From the NCBI RefSeq assembly GCF_030144855.1, contig NC_082714.1:93186001-93250000 (forward strand): a stretch of DNA of 64,000 nt. Direction: 5' to 3'. The notes beneath the pieces were generated by a model, which saw nothing but the letters and a program-made list of their open reading frames with translations, was not told the origin of the DNA and did no database searches. Shown here piece after piece: positions 1 to 13,182 of this stretch. Both the position numbers and the translations under genes were made by a program. This DNA comes from Hypanus sabinus. Lineage: Eukaryota. The stretch's first letter is position 1, and every line of letters begins with the position of its first letter.

Positions 1-655
1 CTATCAATGCCAGTATCTTTCCTGTAGCACTTTAGAATTTCATACTGTTAAGAATCTTCATGAGTGGATTCTTATCAAATGCCTTCTTAAAATTCAAGTA
101 TATGGCGTTCACTGCCTCTCTTTTGTCCACACTGTTTTCACTTTCGGGAAGAACTAACAGAGTAGTGCCAGATTTCCTTTTGTGGAAACCATGCTGAGTT
201 TGACTTAGTTTATCATTAATCTCCAAGCATCGCGAAACCTCATTCTCAGCAATAAACTCCACCAATGGCCAACCACTGAGATTAGGTTAACGGGTTTAAA
301 ATTTCATTTCTTAAAGAGTGAAGTAATTTTGCGATTTTCCAGTCATCCGTGACCATACCAAAATGAAGTGATTCTCTTAACTCTTCAGTAACCTCTCTCA
401 GCAACCTTCAGTCCCTTCAGTTGCACAGCACTTTGTAATAGCAATAGCATTCACTCCTGCTCCTTGACACCCACGGACGTCTGGCATATTGCCAGTTCAT
501 TCACAGTGAAGACAAGTGCGAAGTACACATTAAAATCATCTGCCATTTCTTTGTCCCCCATTAGCACATCACCAGCATCATTTCCAGTGGTCCAATATCA
601 ACTCTCACCTCCCTTTTACTTTTTACGTAACTGTTAACTAATCATATTATGCCTA
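1..655 (-). mobile_element. CR1 LINE fragment (ORF2 reverse transcriptase region)
   Basis: ORF 32..265 contains HGFHKRKS...VDKREAVNAIYLNFKKAFDK, matching the CR1 RT motif QHGF...VDVIYLDFxKAFD. Confidence 0.85.
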
Positions 656-663
656 TTCAAATG

Positions 664-3075
664 TTATAACCATATAACCATATAACAAATACAGCACGGA
701 AACAAGCCAGCTCTGCCCTTCTAGTCCGTGCCGAATGCTTACTCTCAACTAGTCCCACTGACCCGCACTCAGCCCATAACCCTCCATTCCTTTCCTGTCC
801 ATATACCTATCCGATTTTACTTTAAATGACAATACCGAACTGCCTCTACCACTTCTACTGGAAGCTCTTTCCACACAGCTGCTACTCTCTGAGTAAAGAA
901 ATTCCCCCTCGGGTTACCCCTAAACTTTTGCCCCGAACTCTCAACTCACGTCCTCTTGGTTGAATCTCTCCTACTCTCAATAGAAAAAGCCTATCCACGT
1001 CAACTCTATCTATCGCCCTCATAATTTTAAATACCTCTATCAAGCCCCCATCAACCTTCTACGCTCCAAAGAATAAAGACCTAACTTGTTCAACATTTCC
1101 CTGCAACTTAGGTGCTGAACACAGGTAACATTCTAGCAAATCTTCTCTGTACTCTCTCTATTTTGTTGACATCTTTCCTATAATTCGGTGACCAGAACTG
1201 TACACAATACTCAAAATTCGGCCTTACCAATGCCTTGTACAATTTTAACATTACATCCCAACTCCTATACTCAATGCTCTGATTTATAAAGGCCAGCATA
1301 CCAAAAGCTTTCTTCACCACCCTATCCACATGAGATTCCACCTTCAATGAACTATATACCATTATTTCTAGATCACTCTGTTCTACTGCATTCCTCAATG
1401 CCCTACCATTAACCATGTATGTCCTATTTGGATTATTCCTACCAAAATGTAGCACCTCACACTTATCAGCATTAAACTCCATCTGCCATCGTTCAGCCCA
1501 CTCTTCTAACTGGCCTAAATCTCTCTACAAACATTAAAAACCAACTTCATTATCCACAGCGCCACCTACCTTAGTATCACCTGCATACTTACTAATCCAA
1601 TTTACCACCCCATCATCCAGATCATTAATGCATATGACAAGCAACATTGGACCCAGTTCAGATACCTGAGGCACACCACTAGTCACCGACCTCCAACCTG
1701 ACAAACAGTTATCCACCACTACTCACTGGTATCTCCCATCCAGCCACTGTTGAATCCATTTTACTACTTCAATATTAATACCTAACGATTGAACCTTCCT
1801 AACTAACCTTCCGTGCAGAACTTCGTCAAAGACCTTACTGAAGTCCGTATAGACAACAACCACTGCTTCACCCTCGTCAACTTTCCTCGTAACCTCTTCA
1901 AAAAAAATCAATATTTGTCAAACATAACCTTACACTCACAAATCCATGCTGGCTGTTCCTAATCAGACCCTGTCTATCGAGACAATTAAATATATCATCT
2001 CTAAGAATACTTTCGATTAATTTACACATCACTGACGTAAAACTGACAGGCCTATAATTGCTAGGTTTTCTCTTAGAACCCTTTTTAAACATTGGAACCA
2101 CCTGAGCAATACGCCAATCCTCCGGCACCATCCCCGTTTCGAATGATATTTGGAATATTTCTATCAAAGCCCCTGCTATTTCTACACTAACTTCCCTCAA
2201 GGACCTAGGGAATATCCTGTCAGGACTCGGAGATTTATCCACTTTTATATTCCTTAAAAGCGCCAGTACTTCCTCCTCTTTAATCGTCATAGTTTCCTTT
2301 ACCTTACACAATTCAATGTCCTTCTCCTTAGTGAATACCGAAGAAAAGAAATTGTTCTAAATCTCCCCCATCTCTTTCGGCTCCACACATAGCTGTCCAC
2401 TCTGATTCTCTAAGGGACCAATTTTATCTCTCACTATCCTTTTGCTATTAATATAACTTTAGAAACCCTTCGGATTTATTTTCAAATTACTTATCAAAGC
2501 AACCTCATATCTTCTTTTAACTTTTGTAATTTCTTTCTTCAGATTCAAACAAGAGGACATGATTTAAGAGTTAGGGGACAAAAGTTTAAGGGTAACACGA
2601 GGGGGAATTTCTTTACTCAAAGAGTGGTAGCTGTGTGGAATGAGTTTCCAGTAGAAGTAGAAGAGGCAGGTTCGGTAATGTCATTTAAAGTAAAATTGGA
2701 TGGGTATATGGACAGGAAAGGAATGGAGGGTTATGGGTTGAGTGCGGGTCAGTGGGACTAGGTGAGTGTAAGCGTCGGCACGGACGAGAAGGGCCGAGAT
2801 GGCCTGTTTCCGTCATACAATTGTTATATAGTTATATGGTTATAAGATTCTTCTTGCATTCTTTATATTCCTCGAGCACCTCATTTACTCTATGCTTCCT
2901 ATATTTATTGTAGATCTCTCTCTTTTTCCTAACCAAGCTTCCAATATCCCTTGAAAACCATGGCTGTCTCAAAGTTGTAACCTTTCCTTTCAACCTAACA
3001 AGAACATAAAGATTCTGTACCCTCAAAATTTCACCTTTAAATGACCTCCATTTTTCTATTACATCCCACACATAA
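664..3075 (-). mobile_element. CR1 LINE, 5'-truncated ORF2 with 3' tail, interrupted by a younger CR1 at 2547-2844
   Basis: Tail (AACCATAT)n near 666. Minus-strand ORFs 1108..1482 (MEFNADKCEVLHFG), 1534..1719 (SGVPQ...YAGDTK) and 1898..2311 (YRPVSFTS, QHGF) are CR1 ORF2 pieces. Confidence 0.9.
2547..2844 (+). mobile_element. CR1 3' end nested in the opposite orientation, with 6-bp target-site duplication
   Basis: CR1 3' sequence ending in a TTATATGGTTAT-type tail. AGATTC occurs at 2541-2546 and at 2845-2850. Confidence 0.8.
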
Positions 3076-3085
3076 AACAAATTGT

Positions 3086-3690
3086 CCCAATACACAATGG
3101 ATTCATTAGAGGAGTTGAGGTGTGGTGTTGAAATTATATAAGACGTTGGTCAAGCCCAAGTCGGAGCATTGTGTGCAGTGTTCCCACTTACCCACAGGAA
3201 ATATGTTACTAAGATTGAAGGAGTGCAGGGAAAATTTTGAAGGATATTGCCGGGATTTGAGAACCTGAGCTCTACGGAATAGTTCAATATGTTGGGTCTT
3301 TATTGCCTGGAACATAGAAGATTGAGGGGTGATTTGATAAAGGTATACAAAATTATGAGGGGTAAATGCAAGCGATTTTTTCCCCCACGAATGTTGGCTG
3401 AGACTCCAAGTAGAAGCCATGGGTTAAAGGTGAAAGATGGAAGAGTTAAGCAGAACATGAGGAGGAATTTTTTCATTCAGAGGGCATTGAGAATGCGGAA
3501 CGAGTTGCCAGCTGAAGTCGTGGATGCAAATTCGATTTCAATAGTTAAGAAAAATTTGGAGAGGTCCGTGGTAAGTGAGGAGTGGAGGGCGATGCCCCAG
3601 ATGCAGGTCGATGGGACGAGGCAGCTTAATATTTCGGCACAGACTGAATGGGCCAAATGCCTGCTTCAGCGCTGGCGTCTTCTATGACCC
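3086..3690 (+). mobile_element. CR1 LINE 3' fragment
   Basis: ORF 3289..3687 LGLYCLEHRRLRGDLIKVYKIMRG is the CR1 ORF2 C-terminus. Confidence 0.85.
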
Positions 3691-4899
3691 ACTACATCTC
3701 TTGTTCAATCCCCAAATTAGGAATGTATTGAAGTGAGCGGTATTGACAGGTTAGTGGAGGGTAACAATATAAGGGGATTGAGGAATTGCATTGGCGGAGT
3801 CGGTGCAGTTTCGTACTTGCACTGCGACAGTATTTCACTGCTAGATCGTACAACGGTCTGAAACTTTATCGACCTAAGTCATATTGGTTTAAATAATCCC
3901 ACGGTCGAACAATGGTGATTCCTTCCCAGTACGTAGAGGTGACAGCGGTCACTCAAACAACTGGAAGAAAACAGATGACCCAGTCTGTTTATTTGACTAC
4001 TCTGTTCCATTCATTAGAAGAGAAAGACGTTTATTGATCTTTTACTTCTTGTTGGAATGTCCGAAAACGTGTCAGGCGACATGGAAATGAAAGCTGTTTT
4101 TTTGTTTGCTTGTCATGTCTCGTTTGAGACATCCTCAGTGCTCTCTGCCATCGCCACATGGTCACTCGTGGGACGTCCAGCAGATCCCTTTCCTGCTTCG
4201 AAACTCCTTGTCCACTGCCGGCTCGGCCTGTGCCCATCTCCTGACAAATACAACTGATACATCAGTTGGTTTCAGAATTTTCTGGGTATTATTGGGAATG
4301 GAGCTGTGAATATCCAGGAACGCAATTGCTGTATCTGCTGCGCTGTGGATCCAGTGGTTATGACATCAGTAGTGTATGTCAGCGTAGAGATTGCTTCAGT
4401 ATCCCAAAGTAAAGAGATTTGGGATCAAATTGCAAAGTTAAAAGTAATTTTATTATCCAAGTTTACATATGTCAGCATATACAAAACTGAGCTTCGCTGT
4501 CTTGCGGGCATAGTCAGTAAATAGACGAACCACAACAGAATCAACGAAAGACAGCACACAATAGAATGGAAATAGACCCTGTTAGCAAATGAGAACAATC
4601 CGTGTAAATACAAAGTAAAAATAAAAATAATGAAAAAATAATAACTAAATAACCAATGCATATAGAACATGAGCACAGGGGGCATGGTCTGGGTGGTGGG
4701 TGTGCTCGATGATTGATGCTGCTTTCCAGGGACAGCGTCTCCTTGTAGATTTCTCAAATGTTGGAAGGGTTGACCCGTGATGGACCGGCAGTCTCCGCTA
4801 CGTTTTGTATGATTTCCCTTTCAAGGGCATTGGCGCGTTTCCATGCTCGGCTGTGATACAAACAGCCAATACACCCTCCACTACACCTCTACGGACGTT

Positions 4900-5340
4900 T
4901 GTGAAAGGTTCCGATGTCATGCCGATATGCCGTAAGCTTCTAAGGAAGTAGAGACGGGGCCATACTTTCGTTGTCATTGCACCTTCGTGCAGAACCCAGG
5001 ACAGATTCTCTGAAACAGAAACATCGAGGATTTAAAAATTGCTGACCCTCTCCACCCTGATTGTTGAAATAGGACTGGCTCTTATACCTCCAGTTTGCTC
5101 CCCCTGAAGTGAATACGCAGCTCATTCTTTTGCTTACATTGAGTGAAAGGATGTTGTTGTGGCACCACTTAGCCAGATTGTCAGTCTTCCTCCGCCCTGC
5201 CGATTCGTCACCAAGTTTGATTCTGAAAACATCAGAGGTGGCGTTAGCAGACTTAAATATCGCATTGTAGCTGTGCTTAGCCTCATATTTATAAGTGTAC
5301 AGCGAGTAAAATAGTAAGCCAAGTACACGTCTATTTTGTG
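4900..5340 (-). mobile_element. Rex1/Babar-like LINE RT C-terminal fragment
   Basis: Translation DNLAKWCHNNILSLNVSK resembles the Rex1/Babar RT motif WCxxNNLxLNVSKTKE. Confidence 0.65.
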
Positions 5341-6450
5341 CACACGTGCTGATGGAAATTGTGTAAGAGGTGCTGTTGCTAATCCGAACTGGCTGTGGTC
5401 TGGAATTGGAGGAAATCGAGGATACAGTTGCACAAGGAGGCAATGAAGCCAAGCACTTGAAGCTTATTGGTTTAGATTTCAGGGGCGATGGTGTATCTCT
5501 TAGGCATTCAACAAACTCACTCTCTTCAGATCCATTGTCATAATTATTTCCCAATCGACCTGCATGATAAACTCTGCCGTAACTACTGTAATCTTGCCTT
5601 TACTATTTTCTGTTGTAACGTGTGGTCCACCTCCCAGCTTCTGTTGGGACGCCTGTATATAAGTGCCATCAATGTCCTTTTACTGAGTTTCTTAACTCAG
5701 CCCAAAATGATTCAACATCTTCCAGTCCTACGTCACATCTAATTTGATGCCGTTCTTCACCAGCAGGGCCACACCACCCCCTCTACTTACTTTCCTATCC
5801 CTCCAATATAACGTGTAACCTTGGACATTCTGCTCCCAACTACAACCANNNNNNNNNNNNNNNNNNNNNNNNNNNNNNNNNNNNNNNNNNNNNNNNNNNN
5901 NNNNNNNNNNNNNNNNNNNNNNNNNNNNNNNNNNNNNNNNNNNNNNNNNNNNNNNNNNNNNNNNNNNNNNNNNNNNNNNNNNNNNNNNNNNNNNNNNNNN
6001 NNNNNNNNNNNNNNNNNNNNNNNNNNNNNNNNNNNNNNNNNNNNNNNNCCCCGACACATGGCAAGGAACTTACCATCCAGGTGTCTCCTGTCTGTTCCCC
6101 TCTCTACTGAGTTCCCTATCGCGACCGCTCCTTTCTACTCTTTCTTTCCTTTCTGCACCACGGACCCATGCTTAATGCTTGTAGCTCGGTCGCCGTGACA
6201 TTCTCCCGGCTGGTCATCCTCCAACAAAAATATTTAAAGCGGTATACTTACTTTTGAAGGGTTTTCCCACAGGGGTGTAATGCTCTAACTGCCCATTTAA
6301 ATTTGTCCTGACAGTTACCCAGCTGCTCGCCTTCTGCAACTGCGGGGTGACTACTTCCTTGTAACTTTGATGAATTGTATCCCCGCTGTGCTCACATTTA
6401 AGATCACCCGGGAAACAGGGATAGAAAACGTGATCGGCAAGCCCTCTTGG
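5340..6450 (-). mobile_element. CR1 LINE (endonuclease start and ORF1), spanning an assembly gap
   Basis: QGYTLYWRDRKVSRGGGVALLVK (AP-endonuclease domain) left of the gap; ORF1-like sequence to the right. Confidence 0.75.
5849..6048. other. Assembly gap (200 N)
   Basis: Run of N. Confidence 1.
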
Positions 6451-8202
6451 TGATCTCTTGGTAATTGTGTCATACTTCCGTAGTAGAACGATTGCCAATG
6501 AGGGGACGCGGTGCATGTTCATTGTCAGCAGGCCGCCTGTTAAGTGATTCGCAAGTATTTGCTGAAAAAGAAAATCCAGCTGTTCAGAGTGTATATCCAA
6601 ACATTTGGACAAGGGAACGAAGTGCAATATTGCAACGTTTGTTGATTATCAGGGTTATCAGGACAGTGCAGATTGACTGAGCTGATGTTCACTGGTTAAC
6701 AAAACAGGCAGTGATACAAAATCCCGAAAAAAATGTGGAGAAATGTGAGGTCATGTGCAGAAAATATTCAAAATTTGAGTCTTTTTCAATGGCGAAACGG
6801 TGAGGTCATGTGTGCAAGTTCATGTTGAAGTTTATTGCCAATTAACCATACACATGTACACGAACGAACCACCCTGCCTCTGAGGCCAAGGTGTGAAACA
6901 CAGTAAATAAAGCCGTACACATTAGGTACAGTAACGCACTAGCACATGTAGTCAGTAAATAGATATTAGCACTAGGGTCTGAGTGGCATGGCCTGAAGAT
7001 CGACCGGTTGACATGAAATGTGAAGTGTATGTTTATGTAAGGCAAAACAATATTTATTTATGCATATATTTATATATGTATTTACAAACTTTGTATCTAC
7101 GTACACAGTTTGTCTTATTTTGCACATTGGTTGTTTATCCGTGTTAGTGTTTAGCTTTTCTTTGCTTGATTCGCATTCCTTTCTATATGCTCTGAATGCC
7201 CTCAAGGCAATGAAACCCCGGGGTTGTACAGTGTGTGATGACTTACCGCACTTTGATAGTAAATTTATGTTGAACTTTGAATTTTATAATCCCAAGCCTG
7301 TGACCGCGGTCTAATTTATATGCCCCACTTTAGTCAGTCCAGTGGTTTCTGATCAGTGGTCGACCCCCCCCCCCCCGATGTTGATGGCGAAGTCAGGAGT
7401 AAGGTAATGGAATGTCACGGGCTGGTGGTCAGATCCTTTCCTGTTGACAGCGGCCATTGCTGGAACTAATGTAGTCAGACTGATGTTTGCTCCTACCAGC
7501 CTTGTCTGACTACTTTCGGAGTCGTTCCATCCGACAATATCTCACTGTCGGAAAATTACATGAATGGGGTTTTAGATGAACGTTCTAGGACGTAAACGGC
7601 GATTGTCTATTTCCCGGCATAGATGCTGCCAGACCCGGTCAGTCCTTCAGCTCTTTCTGAGTTGCTCCAGATTCCAGCATTTGCAGGCGTTTGCATCACC
7701 GGTGCAATTATTGCTGAACATCCCTAATTCCTGTTTGATGTTACCTGGAAGCTTCACTGTTGAAAGGAGCACTCCTAATGCCCTGCTGCGTAGATTGCGT
7801 TCCGCTGCAACTCCTTTGCAAAATGACTGACCCCAAGGAAAGACAGCTTCTCAGATTAGAACCGATGTATTGTCGAGGTAATTCTGGGATGGCATAGAGA
7901 CTTCGTAGAAGTTTGATGTGACCTTGAAAGGTTTTGTTCTCAGTAGCCATTCTGAGCAGAGTCAAGGGGCTGAGTGCCACCACCTTATTGTTCTTGAGGG
8001 AAGCAGCCAAAACAGTGTCGAAAATCAGTTTAGCCTGAGTATTGTCCGAAGTTCTACAGGCCTGGATACGTGATACAACTGAAGATAAAACATTCTTGAA
8101 ATTAGTGGAGAAGGTTTTAAAAACAGCAAGGTGGCCATTCACAGGTTCCGAAGGTCAGCAAGTCAATCTCCGCCCACCTTCTTTCCCTGGCGCCGCACAC
8201 TT

Positions 8203-8223
8203 ATTTACATCCTAATTAATAAA
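8203..8223 (+). promoter_or_regulatory. Ig light-chain promoter: octamer-like ATTTACAT plus AT-rich TATA-like box
   Basis: ATTTACAT (8203-8210) is one mismatch from the Ig octamer ATTTGCAT. TAATTAATAAA follows at 8213-8223, about 115-130 nt upstream of the leader ATG. Confidence 0.55.
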
Positions 8224-8335
8224 CAGACACGGAGACCCCAGTTAGTAGACTCTGGAACCGGAGTGGTTACCGAAGTTTGCAGAACAGCGCACGGTCCAGT
8301 CGGAATTTTTCGGTTGTCTGCACCTGTCCGGAGGA

Positions 8336-8384
8336 ATGTCCCCAGCGCTGCATCTCTTGTGGGTTCTGCTGGTCCATTTACCAG
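8336..8384 (+). pseudogene. IgL leader exon
   Basis: MSPALHLLWVLLVHLP+G, then donor GTGATA (phase 1); 107-nt intron ending TTTATTGCAG. Confidence 0.85.
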
Positions 8385-8491
8385 GTGATAGCAGGACTGG
8401 CTCACGCACGAATTATCCGTTTAAATTGGGATTACTGCTGATTTTGATTTTGCTCCATGTCACCCAGTGGTTTTATTGTGCTTTATTGCAG

Positions 8492-8845
8492 ATATCCACG
8501 CGGCCTCAGTGCTCAATCAGACCCCAATGTCCGGACCTGTTTCCGCGGGTTAAACCGTCCGCTTAGAGTGTCGGATACAGGACGGTAATGTTGGAAATTA
8601 CGAAATGTACTGGTACCGACAGCGTCCTGGGGAGAGACCGGAAGAGGTGTTAGAACATGAGACAGACAATGATATATTCCGAGACCCAGGGATCACAGAC
8701 CGTTTTCAGCCGTCCAGAGACACCTCCAGCAACAGTCACATCCTGACCGTCAGCAGTGTGGAGCCCCGGGATTCCGCTGTCTATTACTGTGCAGCGTGGG
8801 ATAGTGGAGTTATCATCGGTCCAGGCACCATCCTGGATATCAAGA
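8492..8845 (+). pseudogene. IgL germline-joined VJ exon (nonsense codon in FR1)
   Basis: IHAASVLNQTPMSGPVSAG*TVRLECRIQDGNVGNYEMYWYRQRPG...DRFQPSRDTSSNSHILTVSSVEPRDSAVYYCAAWDSGVIIGPGTILDIK, then donor A|GTAAGT. No RSS between V and J. Confidence 0.92.
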
Positions 8846-10547
8846 GTAAGTGACTCCCTCATTCTGTTACAAACAATTCCTACTACAGCCACTCTCATTC
8901 CATACAGCTGGATAGAATCCCGTCCAGGGAAGGCCTGAGGAAGGTTCCATCCTTTTCTGTCTGGCACAAGAGGCCGTTCAGCCCGTCGAGTAGCCCCAAG
9001 ATTCAAATCAATGATCGTTTGACTTGTGAACACAGTTTTTGTTGGGCACTTTTGATCTCCTTCAGTTGGTGTTGCAGAATTCCATACTTTCCGACCTCAC
9101 TCCTCTTTTGCACAATAGGCCGCATGGATTGTATTATTGGTATTGGATTATTTTTGCCGCTTTTCACAGGATGGTATGAAAAGTTTGTCTTGCATCGTGT
9201 CCATAAGGATCACGTGATGACAGTGCATTGAGTTAAACACAGCTTAACGTAGAATAAAATGTAACAGTCACAGAGGAAATGCAGTGCAGGTAGAGAAGTT
9301 GCAAGATCAGAAGGATGTAGATTGTGAGGTCAATCGTCCATCTTATCGTACCAGAGAACCATTCAATAGTCTTATTACAGCGGAGCCTCTGTTGTGTCAA
9401 ATTAAACCAATCCCTGCTGTTTACAAACACTCCATATCCCTTAATTCTCAGCACACTCATGTGTCCATCTAACAGTTTCTTAGACGTCCCTATCGTAACT
9501 GCCTCCTCCACCTCATGCACCCTCTCCACCATGTATAAAAGTAAACATTCACCGAACTTCTACAGTAAATTTCACTTCTCTCGGTTAAGATTTCCGCCCT
9601 GGGGAAAAAATCTTGACTGTCGATCCTATCGCTCTCTCCCATACTGTCTTGAGTAACGTTCATGCATAATTTGGGGAAATGATCGCTATCACAAGCATGA
9701 CATCTGCCCTTCCCTCTTCGTTCACCACATCTGAGAACATGTTTGTCGCGAATATTGTATAATATTTCTGGGTGCGGTAAATATCGGACCACAAGGCAGG
9801 AATTTCTGAGTTTCAGGTTAACGCAATTCAGAGTCTGTGATTAAGAACCGTGTCAATATAATTGTAGAAAACACAGGATAAGAACATCAGACTTTAAAAA
9901 TAATACACACTAGGGGAAGGCGCTGGGCAGAAAGCAGGCTGCTCAAAGAGTCGAGCGGCAATAGACCGGGTTACCACTGGTTCGGAATGCAGTCAGAGTC
10001 TGAACGAGTGGTTTCACATCTTCCCGCTTCTCACTGGTTCACAGGCTGCACTTTTTTCGATCATTTCCTCTTCAGTCACTGGGTCCCGAGACTTGGATAT
10101 TCACTGAGCTTTCCCGACCTCGGGACATCCCAAAGAACCTTTATTCTGTTAACAACTGAAGGTGTAGTATTCTCAGTTATTGCCCTAAGAGTTCAAGATT
10201 TGGAGAACAACAAAGAACTGGTCTCAATAAAGGGACCAATCATATGGGCAAGGTGTGAGGATTTAGCGAAGAGGTTGAGTAGTGTTGAAGTTATCTTTTA
10301 ACACAATGCAGTACCGAGAGCAGAGTGGATTCAAAAACATTTTTGAAACAAATGATGTCACGTCGTAGCCGCGCAAGGCTGCGAATAATCCGGGCAACTC
10401 TTCACTTATAGGTTTCTACCCGAGGGGTCAAATGTGCCGTATAGAGTGTCCCAATGCCTGTGATAATTTTGGCGCTGTTGTTTCTATCTCGGAAAAGTCC
10501 ATGAAATAATATTGGTTCTATTCCTCTCTTTCTCCCCTCTCACACAG

Positions 10548-10876
10548 GTAGCGAGTCCCGGGAGCCCTCAGTTCTCCTGCTCCCTCCATCTCCGGAGCAG
10601 ACGCGCTCGGGTTCTGCCACTCTCTCCTGTCTGGTGAGTGGTTTTAAGCCGGGCTTGGTAGCGCTACGCTGGAGCATGGATGGTTTCGAAACGGAGAGTG
10701 GGGTAACGGCAGGTGCCGTGTCCCTGGACACCGACCAGACCTACAGACTGAGCAGTTACCTGCGGGTACCCACCGCTGCCTGGAACAAGGGCTCGAGCTA
10801 TTCCTGCAGCGTGAGTCACAGCTCGCTGAGCTCGCCGCTGCGCAACACCATCTCTTCACCCGCCTGTGCGCAGTGA
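10548..10876 (+). CDS. IgL constant-domain exon (sigma-cart type), open frame
   Basis: Acceptor CTCTCACACAG. SESREPSVLLLPPSPEQTRSGSATLSCLVSGFKPGLVALRW...YRLSSYLRVPTAAWNKGSSYSCSVSHSSLSSPLRNTISSPACAQ*: C1-set with the terminal interchain Cys. Confidence 0.93.
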
Positions 10877-11032
10877 GACTCATTCATTTGGCAGCACACG
10901 CGTGTTGTTTGCTCTTGTTTAATGCAGTGAAGCAATGATTGCGTCTGTGCAGCAGCCCATTGCAATGTCATTGTGTAATAATGTTCGATTATGGAAACAA
11001 GCAGAATGTTTAATAATTTCAGAGCAGTTGGT

Positions 11033-11038
11033 AATAAA
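11033..11038 (+). terminator. Probable IgL polyadenylation signal
   Basis: AATAAA about 157 nt after the C-exon stop. Confidence 0.5.
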
Positions 11039-12227
11039 AATCCATCTTTTGCGACGGACATTTCTGAGTAGAATTGTCCCCACTGTGCTGTGTCTGAACT
11101 ACCGCTCTGTGTCGACTCAGGAGCGATCTCCTGTACAGTCACTGGATTCGTGTAAAATAACTCTAAATAAAAGAGGAAACAGCGGGAGATGTATCGTGAA
11201 TTGTCTTTACTCGTTGCTGGCAATAGGTTAGGGGGAATGTTCGCGGATAACGTGCCCTCTCGGAGCCTCGGTCAGAATGACAATTAAATCAACTCCGACA
11301 TCTTATTCGGCTTTTTGCTGTCTGTGTCCTGACCGTGCTTCGTCCATCGGCACTCACCACCCACCACAACCCCAACCCCGCCATCACCGGAACTTCTACT
11401 CCTCTTCATCTTTCCCTTTTGCTCTTCATTTACAACCATCCCTGTTGGAGGGAGATCAACATTCTCACTGCATTTTGGCTAAGTCTTACCACCATTGGGA
11501 GTGTGACAGTTTAAGGATGTTTCCCCGTGACTTGACCATTCTCTCCATCGCTACGGTCAGTTCCTGAATGACGGCCATGGACGTCACTTCCCGCTCAGAC
11601 ACTACGGTCTCCACCCACCACACCCACACCCACACGTTAGCTTCTGCAGCTCATGGCAATTTTCAAAGTTAAAGGTAAATTTGTTATCAAAGTATGTCTC
11701 CATCTTCGGATGCGACCATGAGTTTCATTTTCTTACAGGTTTTCACAGTAGAATAAAGAAGTACAATAGATGCAATGAAAAACTACACACAAAGACAGAA
11801 GCACAAAGACGAAGATGCGAATAAATAAATGGATAAATAGAAAAAATAGACAGATATATAAATAAAACATGTATGAATGTTAAATCAATTACATTCAATC
11901 AATCATAAATATTTAAATGAACGGATAAAGGGATAATAGTTAAATACATAAATAATACTGAGGACATAAGTTTGAAAGTGAGTCTATAGATCGTGGAATC
12001 AGTTCAGAGATGTGTGATTAAAGTCATCAACTTTGTTTCGGGAGCCTGATGATTGAACTCTTCCTGAAGTCTTTAGTGCGGTATCAAATACTAATTGTCA
12101 GATGCGAGAGAGTTGTTGAAGAGCGAAACAAGTGCAAGATGACTACAGAGACACGGTTAATTACGTTAAAGGTTTACATTGTCTGATCAAGGGCGTAGTC
12201 TTTATAGAGGGTGTGACTGGTAAGACG

Positions 12228-12410
12228 NNNNNNNNNNNNNNNNNNNNNNNNNNNNNNNNNNNNNNNNNNNNNNNNNNNNNNNNNNNNNNNNNNNNNNNNN
12301 NNNNNNNNNNNNNNNNNNNNNNNNNNNNNNNNNNNNNNNNNNNNNNNNNNNNNNNNNNNNNNNNNNNNNNNNNNNNNNNNNNNNNNNNNNNNNNNNNNNN
12401 NNNNNNNNNN
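12228..12410. other. Assembly gap (183 N)
   Basis: Run of N. Confidence 1.
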
Positions 12411-13182
12411 AATTATTTGCCGTTGCCTGCCCCGCTGAGTTTTTCAAGAATTTGGTGTAGACATCTCACTTCGTCATTAATGAGGTTTTTATGTTGGTTG
12501 GATTGCTTTATGTACTGTACAGAGCAGCGTGCGCGATATTAGAGAAAATTAAACCCTGCCCATATGATAGAAGTCAAATGAACATTCAGGCAAATGACTC
12601 CCACTGTTGGTTTACTGGAACAATTAAAATGTTTAACTTTTTAAAATATCTTTGAAAATATGGGCAGTCAAGCCCGTTATAAAACACTAAAACAGATAAA
12701 TTAATGAACATAAAATAAATTACATTAAATCTTTTAAAATATTAGCTTTATTTGCTATACGCAGCAACAAACATACAGTGCGGTTTGCATCAAATCAAGT
12801 GAATAAAGACTGTGCTGGGGACAGAGCGGAATTGCTAGCATGCGTTCGGCGACAACACATATTTATTTGGTGTTGACGCATTGACCTATATATCTGTCTT
12901 TATATCTATTTGTCTAACTGGCTGACTCTGTATCTATCAATCTAACTGTCTGTCTGTGTATGCATGTATGTATGTAGGTATATATCTACAGATTTATTTA
13001 TTTATTCATTCACAGATACAGTGAGTAACAGACCATACTGACCGAACGAACCGCACCGCCCAGCAATGCATTGTTTTGACCAAAGCGCAATCAGAGGACA
13101 ATTTACAATAACCAACTAACCTACTAACCGGTACTTCTTTCGACCGTGAAGGGAAACCAGAGAACCTGGAGGATGGTGCACC

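Larger units (their letters stand above)
8336..10876 (+). pseudogene. Immunoglobulin light chain, sigma-cart (type I/NS5-like) cluster, germline-joined L-VJ-C, with one in-frame stop
   Basis: Exons 8336-8384, 8492-8845 and 10548-10876 have GT-AG sites, all phase 1. V has C23, W41 and YYC; C domain is sigma-cart-like. TAA at 8551-8553. Confidence 0.88.

Noticed and set aside
7930-8130. Death-domain-like words (GLS...LSEVLQAWIRD...KLVEKVL) on the plus strand
   Set aside because: Contains stops, spacing is off, and there is no exon structure.
8790-8830. Recombination signal sequences for IgL or gene B
   Set aside because: No CACAGTG heptamer with a 12/23-spaced nonamer was seen flanking the V or J portions; the segments are already joined.
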